NCBI RefSeq assembly: GCF_018977255.1
Contig: NW_024704742.1
Span: 97,280,001-97,344,000 of the forward strand
Length of the DNA stretch: 64,000 bases
Source of the DNA: Callorhinchus milii
Taxonomy: Eukaryota
Reading direction: 5' to 3'
Below are positions 1-12,049 of this stretch, piece by piece. Each line of letters opens with the position of its first letter. Within the stretch, counting starts at the first letter, position 1. A program made the translations under genes and the position numbers. The notes under the pieces are model-generated. The model was not told the DNA's origin. It saw only the letters and a list, made by a program, of their open reading frames with translations, and ran no database searches.

Positions 1-3000
1 TAGGAAATGATTGAGTTTCTAAAAATGCCCCTAACATTGTCTTTGTAACATTATTAGGTGCACTGACTGAAATGGAGGCCAATTGTGTAGATAAAGCATA
101 AAGGCTATGAATAGTATTAAGCCCTTAACCTATCTACCATATAAAGGGATGAAAAGCAGTGATGAACATGAAACATGAGGGTAAATATACTGATATGCAT
201 GCTGACAAGTCATCACTGAAGTATCATCTGGGGAATTAATCCATGAATATATCCAAGTGATTATACGTTGAACAATTTATCTAGTCTTGAACATGATATT
301 TACTATCAAAGAGGAAATTTGCAAATGAAGATGGGGCTAAACTTAAATTAAACTTGCAAGATAGACTTTTCTCTAATGAGGGAATTAATGAATTAAGGAG
401 TTCATTATGACGAACCATTTTTTATGGTTGTTAGGAAGCATGTAGTATTTGTCACCATAGACCTGTCATATGAACTCTAATTATGATTAATATCTCATCT
501 CTGATTCAGTCTTCATTCACATCTCAGGAGCAAATGCAAGTTCTATTATATGTTCAGGGTTCAGTGGTACATAGTGCTCTGTTCATGGCCTCATATTTTA
601 TTCATGATCACATTCATATTTAACAGGTCTTCTTGAAAAACAAAAAGTCTTTGTTATTGCATTGTTTTACCATGTTTTAGTTATGATTCCTGCACAATCC
701 AAGAGACTGAGTGCTTTCAAAATACATTGTACCAGTGATTAGTCACTTCACTACCTGTCAGTAAGGTAAATATATTTATTTGTGATTATCAATGCTTTGG
801 TTATTGGGATCACTTATATTTACCATAGTTCCATTTATCATTAAGTATCACTGCTAAATATGTTTTTTTCACTAAACAACTAGAAAGAGAACTAAAGATT
901 GTTTAAAAAATTAGAAGAGAAAGAAAACGCTTTCATTATTAGCCATTTTCCGTATCAATTAATGCAGTATATTTGCCAAAAATATAATGCCTCATTTATT
1001 AGGATTACTCCATTTAAAATGTAAGAATTGTATTGTGGTCTTTATGGTGAGACAACTTAAAGAGCATAATCTCCTAACTTTCCATGTGCAAACAAACTGG
1101 ACATTTATAAAATACAGGACTAAAATTGCAGTGAAACCAGGTATGAATACAATCCTTGTCTTAAAAAATAATGGACATTCACCCATCAGGGAAATCCTTA
1201 AGCACTCACAATTATGAGCAACATTTTTTGTTGGAGGTAATTTGGAGGTTACATCAAATTATCACCGATTTTTAAATATTGTTTTGCAAGCACAATCAGT
1301 ATACAGTTAAATCAGTGATTCACTGCAAAAAAGTTGATGCTGGTTAACTCATAAAGATTTTTTTTGCAGAATGTTTACTTGTTTATCTCTGCGGTGACAG
1401 TTTATTGTTTTGAAATGCCATAGAATTGATCTGCAAATTTTATTCAATATAAAGAAAGAAAATGTGTTCAAGTGAAGGGTTGATGAAATATAGCTCTTGA
1501 ACACTGGAGTAATAGATCTGTAAAACACTGTATCATCTGTCTCAGACCTCTAATGCTTTTATTCCAACCTTTAATCTCACCTCTGCTATTATGAAAATAA
1601 AGACAATCTGTATTTTCATAATGTATAGCCAGACAGGCAGTAAACAGATCATTTATCACATCCCAACACTTTCTTCTTAGAGTTCAGTATCTTAAGGGGA
1701 TACTTCCTTCAGAATGTAAAGCCTGTAAGTCCCTCGTGTCAGAAACTCTTTATGAATTCATAGAGTTGATGATGAACACTCCGAAAATAAGAACATCAGG
1801 AACTTTCAGTAAGTGGTCGAGCACATGCCAAGTGTATGCTAATCTAGTCAAAGAACTCTCTCCTGAGACGCAAGAAATCACTCATTTATCAATGTAATTA
1901 ACTGATCTCTTATTCTCCACAAAATAAAAGAGCTCAATTCCATTTATTACATTTCAAACCTGACATATTTAACACATAGTAACATTGTGCATGACATTTG
2001 ATTCACAAAGCTAAACTGGTCGAGAGTTCTTCTCTCGAGAAACAAAAACACTTCAAATTTTTTCAGCCTAAAGACAACAGTAGGACAATTCTTTTGTTCT
2101 GTTTATTTTTAGTTTGAGGTTCAGAAAGTTATGATATCATATTTTCCCCCAAAACAATACTTTGAAACATTTTGACAAAATATACCTATAGTACTTAGAA
2201 TTTTAATAATATTTTTGATGTAATTTTTCTTCGCAATACTCAAGTACGCAATCATATTTGTAATGATATATTTATTTTCTTTAAAAAAACTTTAAAACTA
2301 TTTAAAATGAATAAATTGGAATGATAAATTGTTGTTATGTGTTTGCACATTCTGCTGAAACAATTATTCTGATATAACGTACACTGACGATGCATGTGTT
2401 AATAGAGTTTTTAAGTGGGCTTAATTGTGTACCATCATTATACCTAGCCAGACCTTCAATGACAGCTTCATCCATCATGGCTGACAGCCAAGGGGACTGC
2501 AAAAGGAGAAAGGCTAAGCTTTCCAAAAACATCTTTTAAAAATAGAATTTTGTATCAGGTATAGTTTCACAACGGAGTCTAAAACGCAGCACAGTATTTG
2601 CAACATGAATTTGCACAGGATTCATAAATCCTGCCCTTCATTGGATGTATGTTATGCCAAACTGTGGGACATCTCTCTCCGACCAAATGGGAACAGAGTT
2701 CCTGTGAGTTGGAATGATGCACCTCAAGGTACCAGCAGGATTCAATATTTCCGAATCCTGTGCAAATCCACATTCAGAATCCTGTGGCTTAAGCACCAGC
2801 ATCACTCATTCTCTACAATGTTGGGATGAGGATAAATTTCCAGTGAGGTCTAGTTTTTATAACTTTCACTTGGTTGATTACAAAAGAAAATGTCGGCATT
2901 AACAATAATAGAATTTTATTGTAATATGATACAATTTCTTCAAAAGATATACTGAAGCTAACTAGCTTGGTGTGAAACGAATAATTGGCGCTCTTTAGTT

Positions 3001-3434
3001 TTTTTCAGTCGCTCCAGCACTTTGTGGAGATGTTGATTATGCTGCCTGTTTAGAAACTGACTTCTGGAGTGAGAAAATGATGATCGATCTATCCACACAC
3101 TTTTGTGTAGTTAGTAAATATGAAGTGATAATATTATGTAGCTTATTTGTTATCTTATAACAAATTAGTTTGGGCATATTGGGGGAATCTGAAGAAAGTT
3201 AATTCAGTTTGGCTCACTTGGTATTCTCTGGATGAAAAAAGTTATGTTTTGGATTTTATCACCCTACCAGGTTTTGAATTCATATTTAATATTCATACTC
3301 CACTGTAGTACTGAATTGCTGCATTATTGGAGGTGTCATCCTTTAGGTGAGGTAATAATCTGTACATTTGATCTAGCTCCTTTCATATGAGGGGTTGTCC
3401 CAAAGGATAAAGTGATCATGTAGTTGAAAGAAAC

Positions 3435-3742
3435 AATTTTTGCACAGCAATTTTCCACGTGTAGGCATAAGGTGAATGTCCAATTTTAATTGGGGGATTG
3501 TTGGCCAGGACACCAGGAGAAACTCCCTTCTCTTTTTGAATAGTACCATGGGATCTTTAACGTCCAACTGAGCAGACAGTCAGAACCTTGGATTAACATC
3601 TTATGTAAAGGACGGCACCTCCATCAATGTAGCATGCCCCAGCACTGCATTGGGAGTGGTAGCCTAGAGTGAGTCAAAGTCCTGAGGTGGATGTTGAAAT
3701 CACAACCTTCTGACTCATAGGAGAGAGAGCGCACCGCCAGAG
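3435..3742 (-). mobile_element. Older DeuSINE (SacSINE1-like)
   Basis: TTGGCCAGGACACCAGGAGAAACTCCC...CCATGGGATCTTTAACGTCCA...ACAACCTTCTGACTC. Confidence 0.75.
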
Positions 3743-4503
3743 CCTACAGACTGATACAAAAATAATTGATCAATATAATAATTATCACTGGTGATAATAT
3801 CACATGTCTGAATTTTGATGCTTTTGTATGTTCCATGCCCCTTACCAAATTTGGAGTAGGCCCAGTCAAGTAGGGTTACAGTAGAATACCGAGATTTGTT
3901 TTGCGTGTTTTCCCCCATTCAACCCCCAATAAGCTGAGTTAAACTACATCCTGTTCCACAAACCAGGAACCAGTGTTGCCTAGCAGGTTTACTCCCAATC
4001 CCAAATCTGGACCCCTAACTGTCGAAAGATGGCACGGACACGATTCCTTGCATCACAACCTGATGAGCAAGTCAATAGCTCGAACTGAGCCTGCTGACGA
4101 AGAGTTCAAGGTAGTTCGTATTTCAGTTCCTCCAAATATTTTTGTGAGGTGGATCAAAGGCCTCAAATTGTGACCCTTGCTATCCTGATCCCAGCCAACT
4201 AAGAGCCAAAGGCATAGCATTCCTGGCAATAGCCTTCCCTCCCACAAATAAATCATGGTGGGGTTCAGGTCATGGTATCCCTATACAATCTGGACTTTAA
4301 AAGGGGAGCAGTGTCAGTTGCACAGCCCATGGAGTAATTGATAAGAACAGATATAACATTTGATCTTAGCTAAAAGTCCGAGAATGCAGAGATAGGGTGG
4401 GGCAAGACTGTGAAGGCATATGAAGGTGAGAATTTGACAGGATTATATTGAAGAGGTTATAACAGGGTTCGCCTGTATACTGGACCAACAAAGTTTCTTG
4501 TAC

Positions 4504-4615
4504 AATAATAATAATCCTTGTAATTGATATAGCGCTTTTCATATCTTCTAGACGTCTCAAAGTGCTTCACAGAATATACTGTAAAGTGAATTGACTGTAC
4601 ATTTTGTGAGCGAAA
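4504..4615 (-). mobile_element. 5'-truncated young SINE
   Basis: (AAT)n-CCTTG...GCTTCACAGAATATACTGTAAAGTGAATTGACTG matches the 3' part of the full copies. Confidence 0.85.
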
Positions 4616-6476
4616 CATTAGATAAGTAGTTTAACATTATGCTGAATTGAATTTGGGGATAGATTTGGATGACTTCATGTGACTAATTCTGGTAGACCTG
4701 CATCAGTTACAGAGCCCTCTCATTCAGTAGTTGTTGTGGACTCATTGCTCACAGGGACAGTGTTGTCACTGTTGTACTGGGATATAAGCTGCTTCTGTAA
4801 AGAGTGTCAATCAGACCTATGTGCCATGTACTACTCCATATTTTTAATCACATTTCTAGCCAATAGCATTTTATCATTAAATGTAGTGACTGTGTATATG
4901 CAGGAGAACATGGAAGTGAAATTGAACATTGCAAAGTCCCGCAAACAGCCTGAAGTGCATGGACTGTGAGCTCAAGTCTCGACATGGGGCTTGACCCCAC
5001 AATCTTCTTAACAGAAGCAAAAAGTTTACCAATTGTCCTAATTTAGAAATATTGGGTTAAGTGCACTTTCATTACTGCTTCTTTTTTTGAAAAAAACTGT
5101 TCAAACAGTCTGTTTTCACATCTTTTATAAAGAAAAGAATATCGGACCCATAAAGCACATCTCTTTGTTATCTTTTGTAGATTTGTCCGGCATGAAGAAA
5201 CCTTTAAAAGTTCAAGTAAAATGTATGAGGATGTGTATTATACTAGTGGGAGTTTTAGTGCAAGATAATGGCTGGGATTATGTCCCTTGTAGGTTGTAAC
5301 CCATGCAGTTTACCTGATTAGCTGCTACTGAAGTAAATGCAAAATAAATACTCCCTAGTAGGACACCAGGGAAGAGCAGCAACTCTTGATAATGCAATTA
5401 GGAATATGTATGGACTCACACCTTCATTCCTGACATTGTTTAACCATACCCCACAACTTGTGCATTTCAATTATTTGTTCAGGGGCCATTGATAATTGCC
5501 TGATGTAAGCCAGCTTTAGCAATGCAAAGCAGAAGACAATAAAAATGCTACATTGGCGAATTGGAACAGCGACGCTTAAAACGTATAAATTAACTGGGCC
5601 TCTTTCACAGCTTTCCCTTTCTATTCTAAGAGGCTTCAGCTTGGTGACATCAAAGGCAGGATTATCTGAAAAGAGAAAAACTTGATCTAATGTCCTTGTT
5701 TGAAGTCATGAAATTCTCCCTTTCTCCCCGGCAGAATAACCCTGTTTACGTTACAAAAGCTAAAATCCAGGTGCAGGAATGGATTTGGAAGGGGGTTAGG
5801 AGAGGCATGGTGGGGGCGGGTGGGGAAACAAGATTTGGGGAGTTGGTATACTAAGACAATTTTGCTTCCAATAATACATTTGCTAAACAATTACAGGCAG
5901 GATTCTGTGTTTTGTAAAAGTCGCAGAATTTAGTTTGATTTGTAAAAAAGAGTTTTTTTAACATGCACATAATTAAGCACCTCTTTGAACTGATTGTTAA
6001 TTGTTTAAGGTTTATTGTTATAAACCAGTTAACTTTAGAAATGAACTGTAGAATTAGACCATTTTCCTTGGAATTTATTTTAACTACAAGTGTGTTCGGC
6101 ACTATTGGTAGTTTGAGATTTACATAACAAACCACAGAATATTTTGTTGCGAGCGCCATCAATAATATGTTTCATATGTACAGTATATATAAACACATGT
6201 TCACTGAAATTTGACCATTAAAATAAAAATGCATGAAAACAATGAGTAGCTTAATCTAGACTATAATGAGAATTGAATTGATGGAGCATAATGCAAAGTA
6301 ATGGCTGAAGAAATTCATAAAATATGGTGGATTGTAAACCCACTGGCAGACTCATGCCAAAGGGTACGGAATGGACAAGGATTACCAAAATACTCAACGC
6401 TGAATTAGCAAACTTTTCTTTTGTGATAGATTTATTTAAAGTTAAAAAAAATTTTGATCCAATCTCTTAAACAGGT

Positions 6477-6890
6477 GTCAGAGCCTATCTCAGTTGATGG
6501 GATTCTTATCTCCGAATCAGAAGGTTGTAGGTTCAAGCCCCACGTTGGGGTTTGAAATTCATAGTTACAGCTGACACTCCAGTGCAGTGCTGGGATAGGG
6601 CTCCTTCAGATGAGACGTTAGAGGTCCTGTCTGCCTGTTTAGGCAGTGGTAAAGATCACATGCACTATTTGAAACGGAAAGGCAGTTTCTCCCAGTTCAC
6701 TGACCAACAATCGGCAAATAAAAACAATTGGTCATTAACCTTTGTGACTGTTTGTGGGACATTGCTTTGTCCAATTTGGCTGCTGCATTTCAGCCGCAAA
6801 AGTCACTGTACTTGTAGTACATCCTGTGAAGTCCTTGGGATGTCCTTCCAATACGAAAGCCAATATATCAAAGGTAGGAATTATTATTAT
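6477..6890 (+). mobile_element. Older DeuSINE (SacSINE1-like), near full length
   Basis: tRNA-like head CTCAGTTG...TCAGAAGGTTGTAGGTTCAAGCCCC, then GCTGACACTCCAGTGCAG, CAGATGAGACGTTA, the Deu core and an (ATT) tail. Confidence 0.75.
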
Positions 6891-7004
6891 GCTGCAAGTA
6901 TAGTATAAATGAAGTGATTGAAAAGTGATTTGCAATGGAGCCCAGCTGGTGAAATCACCTAGAGAAGGCAGTTTTGATAGTACATGGATTTCAACCACAG
7001 CATT

Positions 7005-7128
7005 TCTCCCACAAAATATACAGTCAATTCACTTTACAGTATATTCTGTGAAGCACTTTGAGATGCCACAAAGACGTGATAAGGCAAGGATTGCAAGGAT
7101 CAAATGCAAGGATTATTTAGTATTATTA
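7005..7128 (+). mobile_element. 5'-truncated young SINE
   Basis: CAGTCAATTCACTTTACAGTATATTCTGTGAAGCACTTTGAG...CAAATGCAAGGATTAT. Confidence 0.8.
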
Positions 7129-8330
7129 TAAATGAAGAGTTCCAATTCAAACCCCACTCAAATATAATCACAACAACCTGCTTGGGTGTCCCGGTAAATG
7201 GCTCAAAAACTGATAAGGGATTGTTAGTTAGAGTTATTAAAGAATTACATGACCAGCTCCTTAATAGCATTAAAACTAACACCACTAAATGGAGTTCTGA
7301 GCATGTGCTTAGTTGCATATGCACCAAGCTATTCACAGCCCCAGGCAAGAACGATTGGAAGCATGACATATAAACCAGCTTGCTGCTCTGCATCACTCTA
7401 CTGCTAAGAGCTATGTGGCAAACAGCATCAGCATCTGTGTGGCACAATCCATCAGCAGGTAACAGGTAATGAGATAACTTTCAAGTTCTAATTCAGAGGC
7501 AATCACAAATTAGAGTAAATTAGAGTAGATTAGAGGAAATCTCAAATGTTAAGCCCTCTCCCAAGCACTTACATTTTAAAAAAAACTTTAATCTTGCTGT
7601 GTTATGCAACAAGAATGTACGCTGTAGGAAAGCTTGAGCATCTTACTTCAATTAAAGTTCAGAACTTTGACAAAAATTGAGAAATAAAATAAATAATACA
7701 TCTGAATGTACAGTGTTACATAGTTAGATATGTGATTTGACCAAGAAAATAAAACTTTGGTAGTAGATAACATGACCTTTTCAAACAGAACTTATATGTA
7801 TCAATTGGTTTCGTCAACCTGTTTTTTCTTCATATTAAAGTGTGAACTTCTCTCTGACCATAATTGAAAGGTGATTGTTTTGATAATTAAACAGTGCAAC
7901 ACTTCTGACATTGACTCCCGGCTGTCACGGTGATCTGTTCATTACCCAATAATACAGACCACTGAGATTAACTGCAACCTTATGTAGAACACACCCTTCT
8001 TACAACACTGTTTCAGGCTGGCTGCCAAATAGCACATTGTAATGAGAGGTCACTGGATTATCAACCATATCGCTTACATACGAAAAACTGTTAATGAATG
8101 GTCTTTCAGATCTGTGGAAGGTATAATCATGGTATAACATGTTTACAAATGAACTATAGAGATTAAAACATTTGGAGCCTCAGTGATATCAACTTTGTTT
8201 GTATTTGGGCATTTTTCAATCACTCATGTGTGAATAGGTTAACAGTAATAGGTCACGGTCAATAAGCGGAAATGAATTTAAAAGAAAATGAAAGATATAG
8301 AGAAGGCCAGTGCACTTCAGGAAAATAAAA

Positions 8331-8757
8331 CTTTACGTTGGGAGGATGTCGCAAGGCGCTGGACAGTCAGGGATTTGGACTCGAGCTGGCGGTTCGGATC
8401 AGGGAAGGTGGAAGGCATGGAGGGGAGGAAGAGGGCCAAAGGCGCGGTTGAAGAGGAAGGTCTTGAAATGTGCCTTGAAGGAGGCAAGGGAGGGAGCGAG
8501 GCAAAGGAAATGTGAGATGGAGTTTCAGAGGGTGGGAGCAAAGAGGCTGAAGGCCGACCATCAATGGACCCCATGTCTGTGGATGATGTTACCAAGAGGG
8601 AGCATGTATATGTTGAAGAGGAATGGACCAAGGACATAGACCTGAGGAATGCCGCACAAGATGATGTGGGGGCTGGAGGAGAAGGCATTTGTGAAGACAA
8701 AGTGGAGATGGTGTGAGAGGTAGGATCTGAACCAATCAAGTACAGAACCATGATGGT
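8331..8757 (-). mobile_element. L2 LINE fragment with an internal deletion
   Basis: RT segment (GIPQVYVLGPFLFNIYMLPLGNIIHRHGVH) fused directly to 3'-terminal L2 sequence. Confidence 0.85.
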
Positions 8758-9280
8758 AATATACATTACCTTGCATTTATTAATATTAAAATCCATCCAC
8801 CACTCCTCGGCCCATCTACTAACTAGTGCAGATGTTCTTGAATGTTTTTAACCTTATCTTAGTCACCTGCTGGCATAGCTTGGTAGCTTCAGCAAATGTT
8901 ATATCACGTGCTCTCTTCTAAGTCATTTATAAACAGTGTGAACAGCAGGGAACTCAGAACAGACTCCCATGGAGATCAGTTAGTTACTACCCCGAGACAA
9001 AGCTTTTTCCATCTATCATCTCCTGCTTTCAATTGCTAAACTAGTTTTCAATCCAAGCAGCTAATTTACCATTAATTCCATGAGTTTTAACTTTCTTCAA
9101 AAATATCATATGTGGAACTTTATCAGATCCCTTCTCAAGCTCTTTAATTTTTTAAGTTTCTTCCAAACACATTATCCAAAAGACTATCTTCATTGTTAAT
9201 TTAGTTACTTCCTCACAGATTTCCAGTATAATTCCGAGGTAAATTCTAACTCATTATTAGTCCTCCCTTACTTATTTACA
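8758..9280 (-). mobile_element. CR1 LINE RT fragment, decayed
   Basis: MDFNINKCKVM and SVLSSLLFTLFINDL-like motifs on the minus strand. Confidence 0.7.
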
Positions 9281-9289
9281 CGTAGGCAT

Positions 9290-9600
9290 TAACAGTGAAC
9301 TTTCGCAAACTATTTGACTGAGGGAGACAACATAGCTGAGCCTGATCCTGTCTGCATCTGACATCCAGACACATGCACCTTTCAGAATGTTTTCTCTTAC
9401 ACCTTTTCTTTGTGAAAATTGTCTTGTTTCATCTTCTTAACTTGCTTTACACTTCAGGAGAGGTGTCTGGATAGTAATTAGAAATAAGAACTCTGGATGA
9501 TTTTCACCTCCCTTACCCAAGGATTCTGAGGTCAATTGTAGCACCACAAATGCATTCTCAGCTGAGATCATCTAATTCAGTGCCGACTGTAATTGAGCTG
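9290..9600 (-). mobile_element. Second ancient SINE-like family (related copy at ~55517-55740)
   Basis: GATTTTCACCTCCC...CTGAGGTCAATTGTAGCA...GAGATCA recurs as GATTTTTCCCTTC...CTGAGGCCGATTGTAGCA...GAGATCA near 55530-55700. Confidence 0.5.
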
Positions 9601-10184
9601 TGCTAGTTTTTATCACCGAGAGCCATTACACACACAGAACAAAGGAATGGAACAATTATACTGTTTACAACAGCACAAAAATGCTTTTTGTTTAAAAATT
9701 TCAATATATATTGAAATAATATGCCATAACACAATTTAAAATTAGGATCTATAATCATGTAATCATATAATGTAGCAAAGGTGTAGGTCATTTGGTCTAT
9801 CAAGTCTAAACTATAGCTAGCTCATCCACTGGGGCCAAGTACTTGAATCCCAATTCCTAGTTCTGTCCCTATACTCATTTCTGTTGCTCCTATTCAAGTA
9901 CTTATCCAATTTCCCTTTAAATGAATTCACTGTTTCCAAGGCAATTCATTTCTAAATTAAATATAATAGAAACTTCTTTGCATTTTTTGCATTTTTTATG
10001 TAGTAGATGTAATAGTGATTTATATAGTAGTGATCTTAAAACAAAATTTCTAAACTCAGATTAGTACACATAATTATGGGAGAGGGTCTTGGAGCAAGGG
10101 ACAAGAGGGGAGGGAGCCTCCAGGCTCGGCAAGGGTGTGGGGAGGGGAGTGCAGAGTTCTGGAGTCAAGGGCAAAGCAGAATCG

Positions 10185-10335
10185 ATTCTCCCTTTCCCCT
10201 CTCTGTCTCACTCTCTGTCTTTGTCTCACTCCTCTCTCTCCCCTCCCTTCCCCTCTCAGTCTGCTCTTCCTCCCTCTCTCTGTCTCCTCTCCCCTCCCTC
10301 TCTCTCTAACGCACTCACTCCCTCTCTCTCTCCTT
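10185..10335. repeat. CT-rich low-complexity tract, preceded by a G/A-rich tract (10078-10175)
   Basis: Directly visible composition switch. Confidence 0.8.
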
Positions 10336-10369
10336 CAAAAATAAATAAATAAATAATAGTAATTTTGCC

Positions 10370-10506
10370 ACTCTATCCACAACTCTTTGTGGGACACTGC
10401 TGTGTGCAATTGGCTGCCTCTGCGCAATTGGCTGACTGTTAAAATATGCTTTCAAACATCTCGAAGATTTGATAAGGCGCTGTATCAAATGTAAGGATTA
10501 TTATTA
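10370..10506 (+). mobile_element. SINE core plus tail fragment
   Basis: TTTGTGGGACACTGCTGTGTGCAATTGGCTGCC and tail CAAATGTAAGGATTATT. Confidence 0.75.
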
Positions 10507-11806
10507 TAACCAATGACAGATTCACATCCAACAAAAATGTACAATGTGTGGAAAAAGAAAGTTGGCAAAACAGGGAACTGGTTTAATACATTTCAAAATG
10601 GTTAAGATAACTGTAAAACATGATAAACCCATAAAGCTAGCAAACGTATTAATAATAATCCTTGCATTTCATGTAGTGCCTTACCACTTTGTCAAAATCT
10701 TTCAAAGAGCTTCACAGGATTAACTGTAAGGAGAAGTGCCTGTGTATTTTGTAGGCAAACACATTTTATTTATATGCAGGCAAATGTATTTTGTGGTATT
10801 GGGACTATATTTAGTAGTATTGTAGTACCTATCAATCAAATTACTTTATCTACATGTGGGTAGCCCAAATAAATTAAAAGCAAAACATTTTACATACACT
10901 TTGATGCATTTGATTTACTTTAGCTCAGATGGAAGGCTGCAGGGCATTTAAGGGAGCAGAGATTTCTGTGTACACTTGTGTATTTTTAGAAGATTAACAT
11001 ATAGGCAGTTATTAAATTAACATAGGTTCCACTGGATTTACTCTAGGACACAAAACATCTTTGTGATCTATAACTTTCATTAAGCTTGAGTATGTCAAAC
11101 ATCTTAAAGCACTTCCATTGTCTCACATTCTGTATATTCATGTTTGAAGAAGGCGAAAATGATGACACCTGTATTGAGCAGTCAAAAGACCATCTACACA
11201 ACAAAAGCTCACTAGGGATTTTGTGCATTTGTTGCATTAAAGTGGAGATCACAGGAATGTGGTCACAGGCCATTTGTGTTCCATTCAGACTTTGCTATTC
11301 TCAGTGTGAAGTTTGATTGTGATTTCCTCTCTTTTGTGAAAAATGGTTGGTTTCCTTTTCCTGCTGTTAAGGGTATCATCTTCTTAACTTGCTCTGCACT
11401 TGCCCTCTTTCTTAGTAAACCCAAAACAGTGTAGAACTTATCGAGCATCCTGACACCAGGCACTTTTGATTTACAATGCTTGCAGTCTTTAATTTTCAAA
11501 GTTTGTTCATCAGAATTTTTATAATTTCTTTCCAGATTGTGTTTTTCTGGATAAATATCCATAAAAATGAAAGCGAAAAATGATTTTTCCAACTGAAGAG
11601 CAAAGGTGCACAGAATTACAGTTCTTCAACAGACAGTGGAGTCACAAACTGATTATTTGCTCCCGGATTCTTAAGAAATAAATCTCGTCAGTAACCAGAT
11701 GTGCTTCACACTGATCCACAAGAAAACCACTCCAGCAGCATCCACTTTCAGAACAGACTTCTCACAGGTCAACGTGATGCACTTTTGATTACCGACAGGG
11801 CTCAAT

Positions 11807-12049
11807 GGGGAAGAAATTCCACCTGGTTCTGCCTTTACTCTGTTTGTGTAGCATTTTAGAGTGTCCAGAATTTGTTAAATTGCTGAATTTAGTCATAGCT
11901 TCAAAGCCAGTTTTTTTTGTCATTCTAAAAAGAACTTCCATGAAAAAAGACTTCAAAATTAAGGCCATATTTAAGAATTTGACAAATTCTGGACCCTTTA
12001 AAATTTTGTATAAATAGAGTAAATCTAGAAACAGTTGGAATTTCACCCC
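11807..12049. mobile_element. Palindromic non-autonomous DNA-transposon (MITE-like) remnant
   Basis: Left arm GGGGAAGAAATTCCACCTGGTTCTGCCTTTACTCT...GTCCAGAATTTGTTAAATT is the imperfect reverse complement of the right arm AATTTGACAAATTCTGGAC...AGAGTAAATCTAGAAACAGTTGGAATTTCACCCC. Confidence 0.75.

Noticed and set aside
2335..2532. ORF starting MFLESL, superficially like the VPS13 N-terminus
   Set aside because: No match beyond the first residues; the segment is better explained by the Pbx-Hox/Meis motifs.
4055..4130. Hammerhead-ribozyme-like CTGATGA / CTGACGA cores
   Set aside because: No correctly placed GAAA, and stem II pairs poorly.
11263..11592. 109-aa ORF with CKHC (possible BED zinc finger)
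   Set aside because: It lacks the aromatic and His/His pattern of a BED finger and shows no other transposase motifs.
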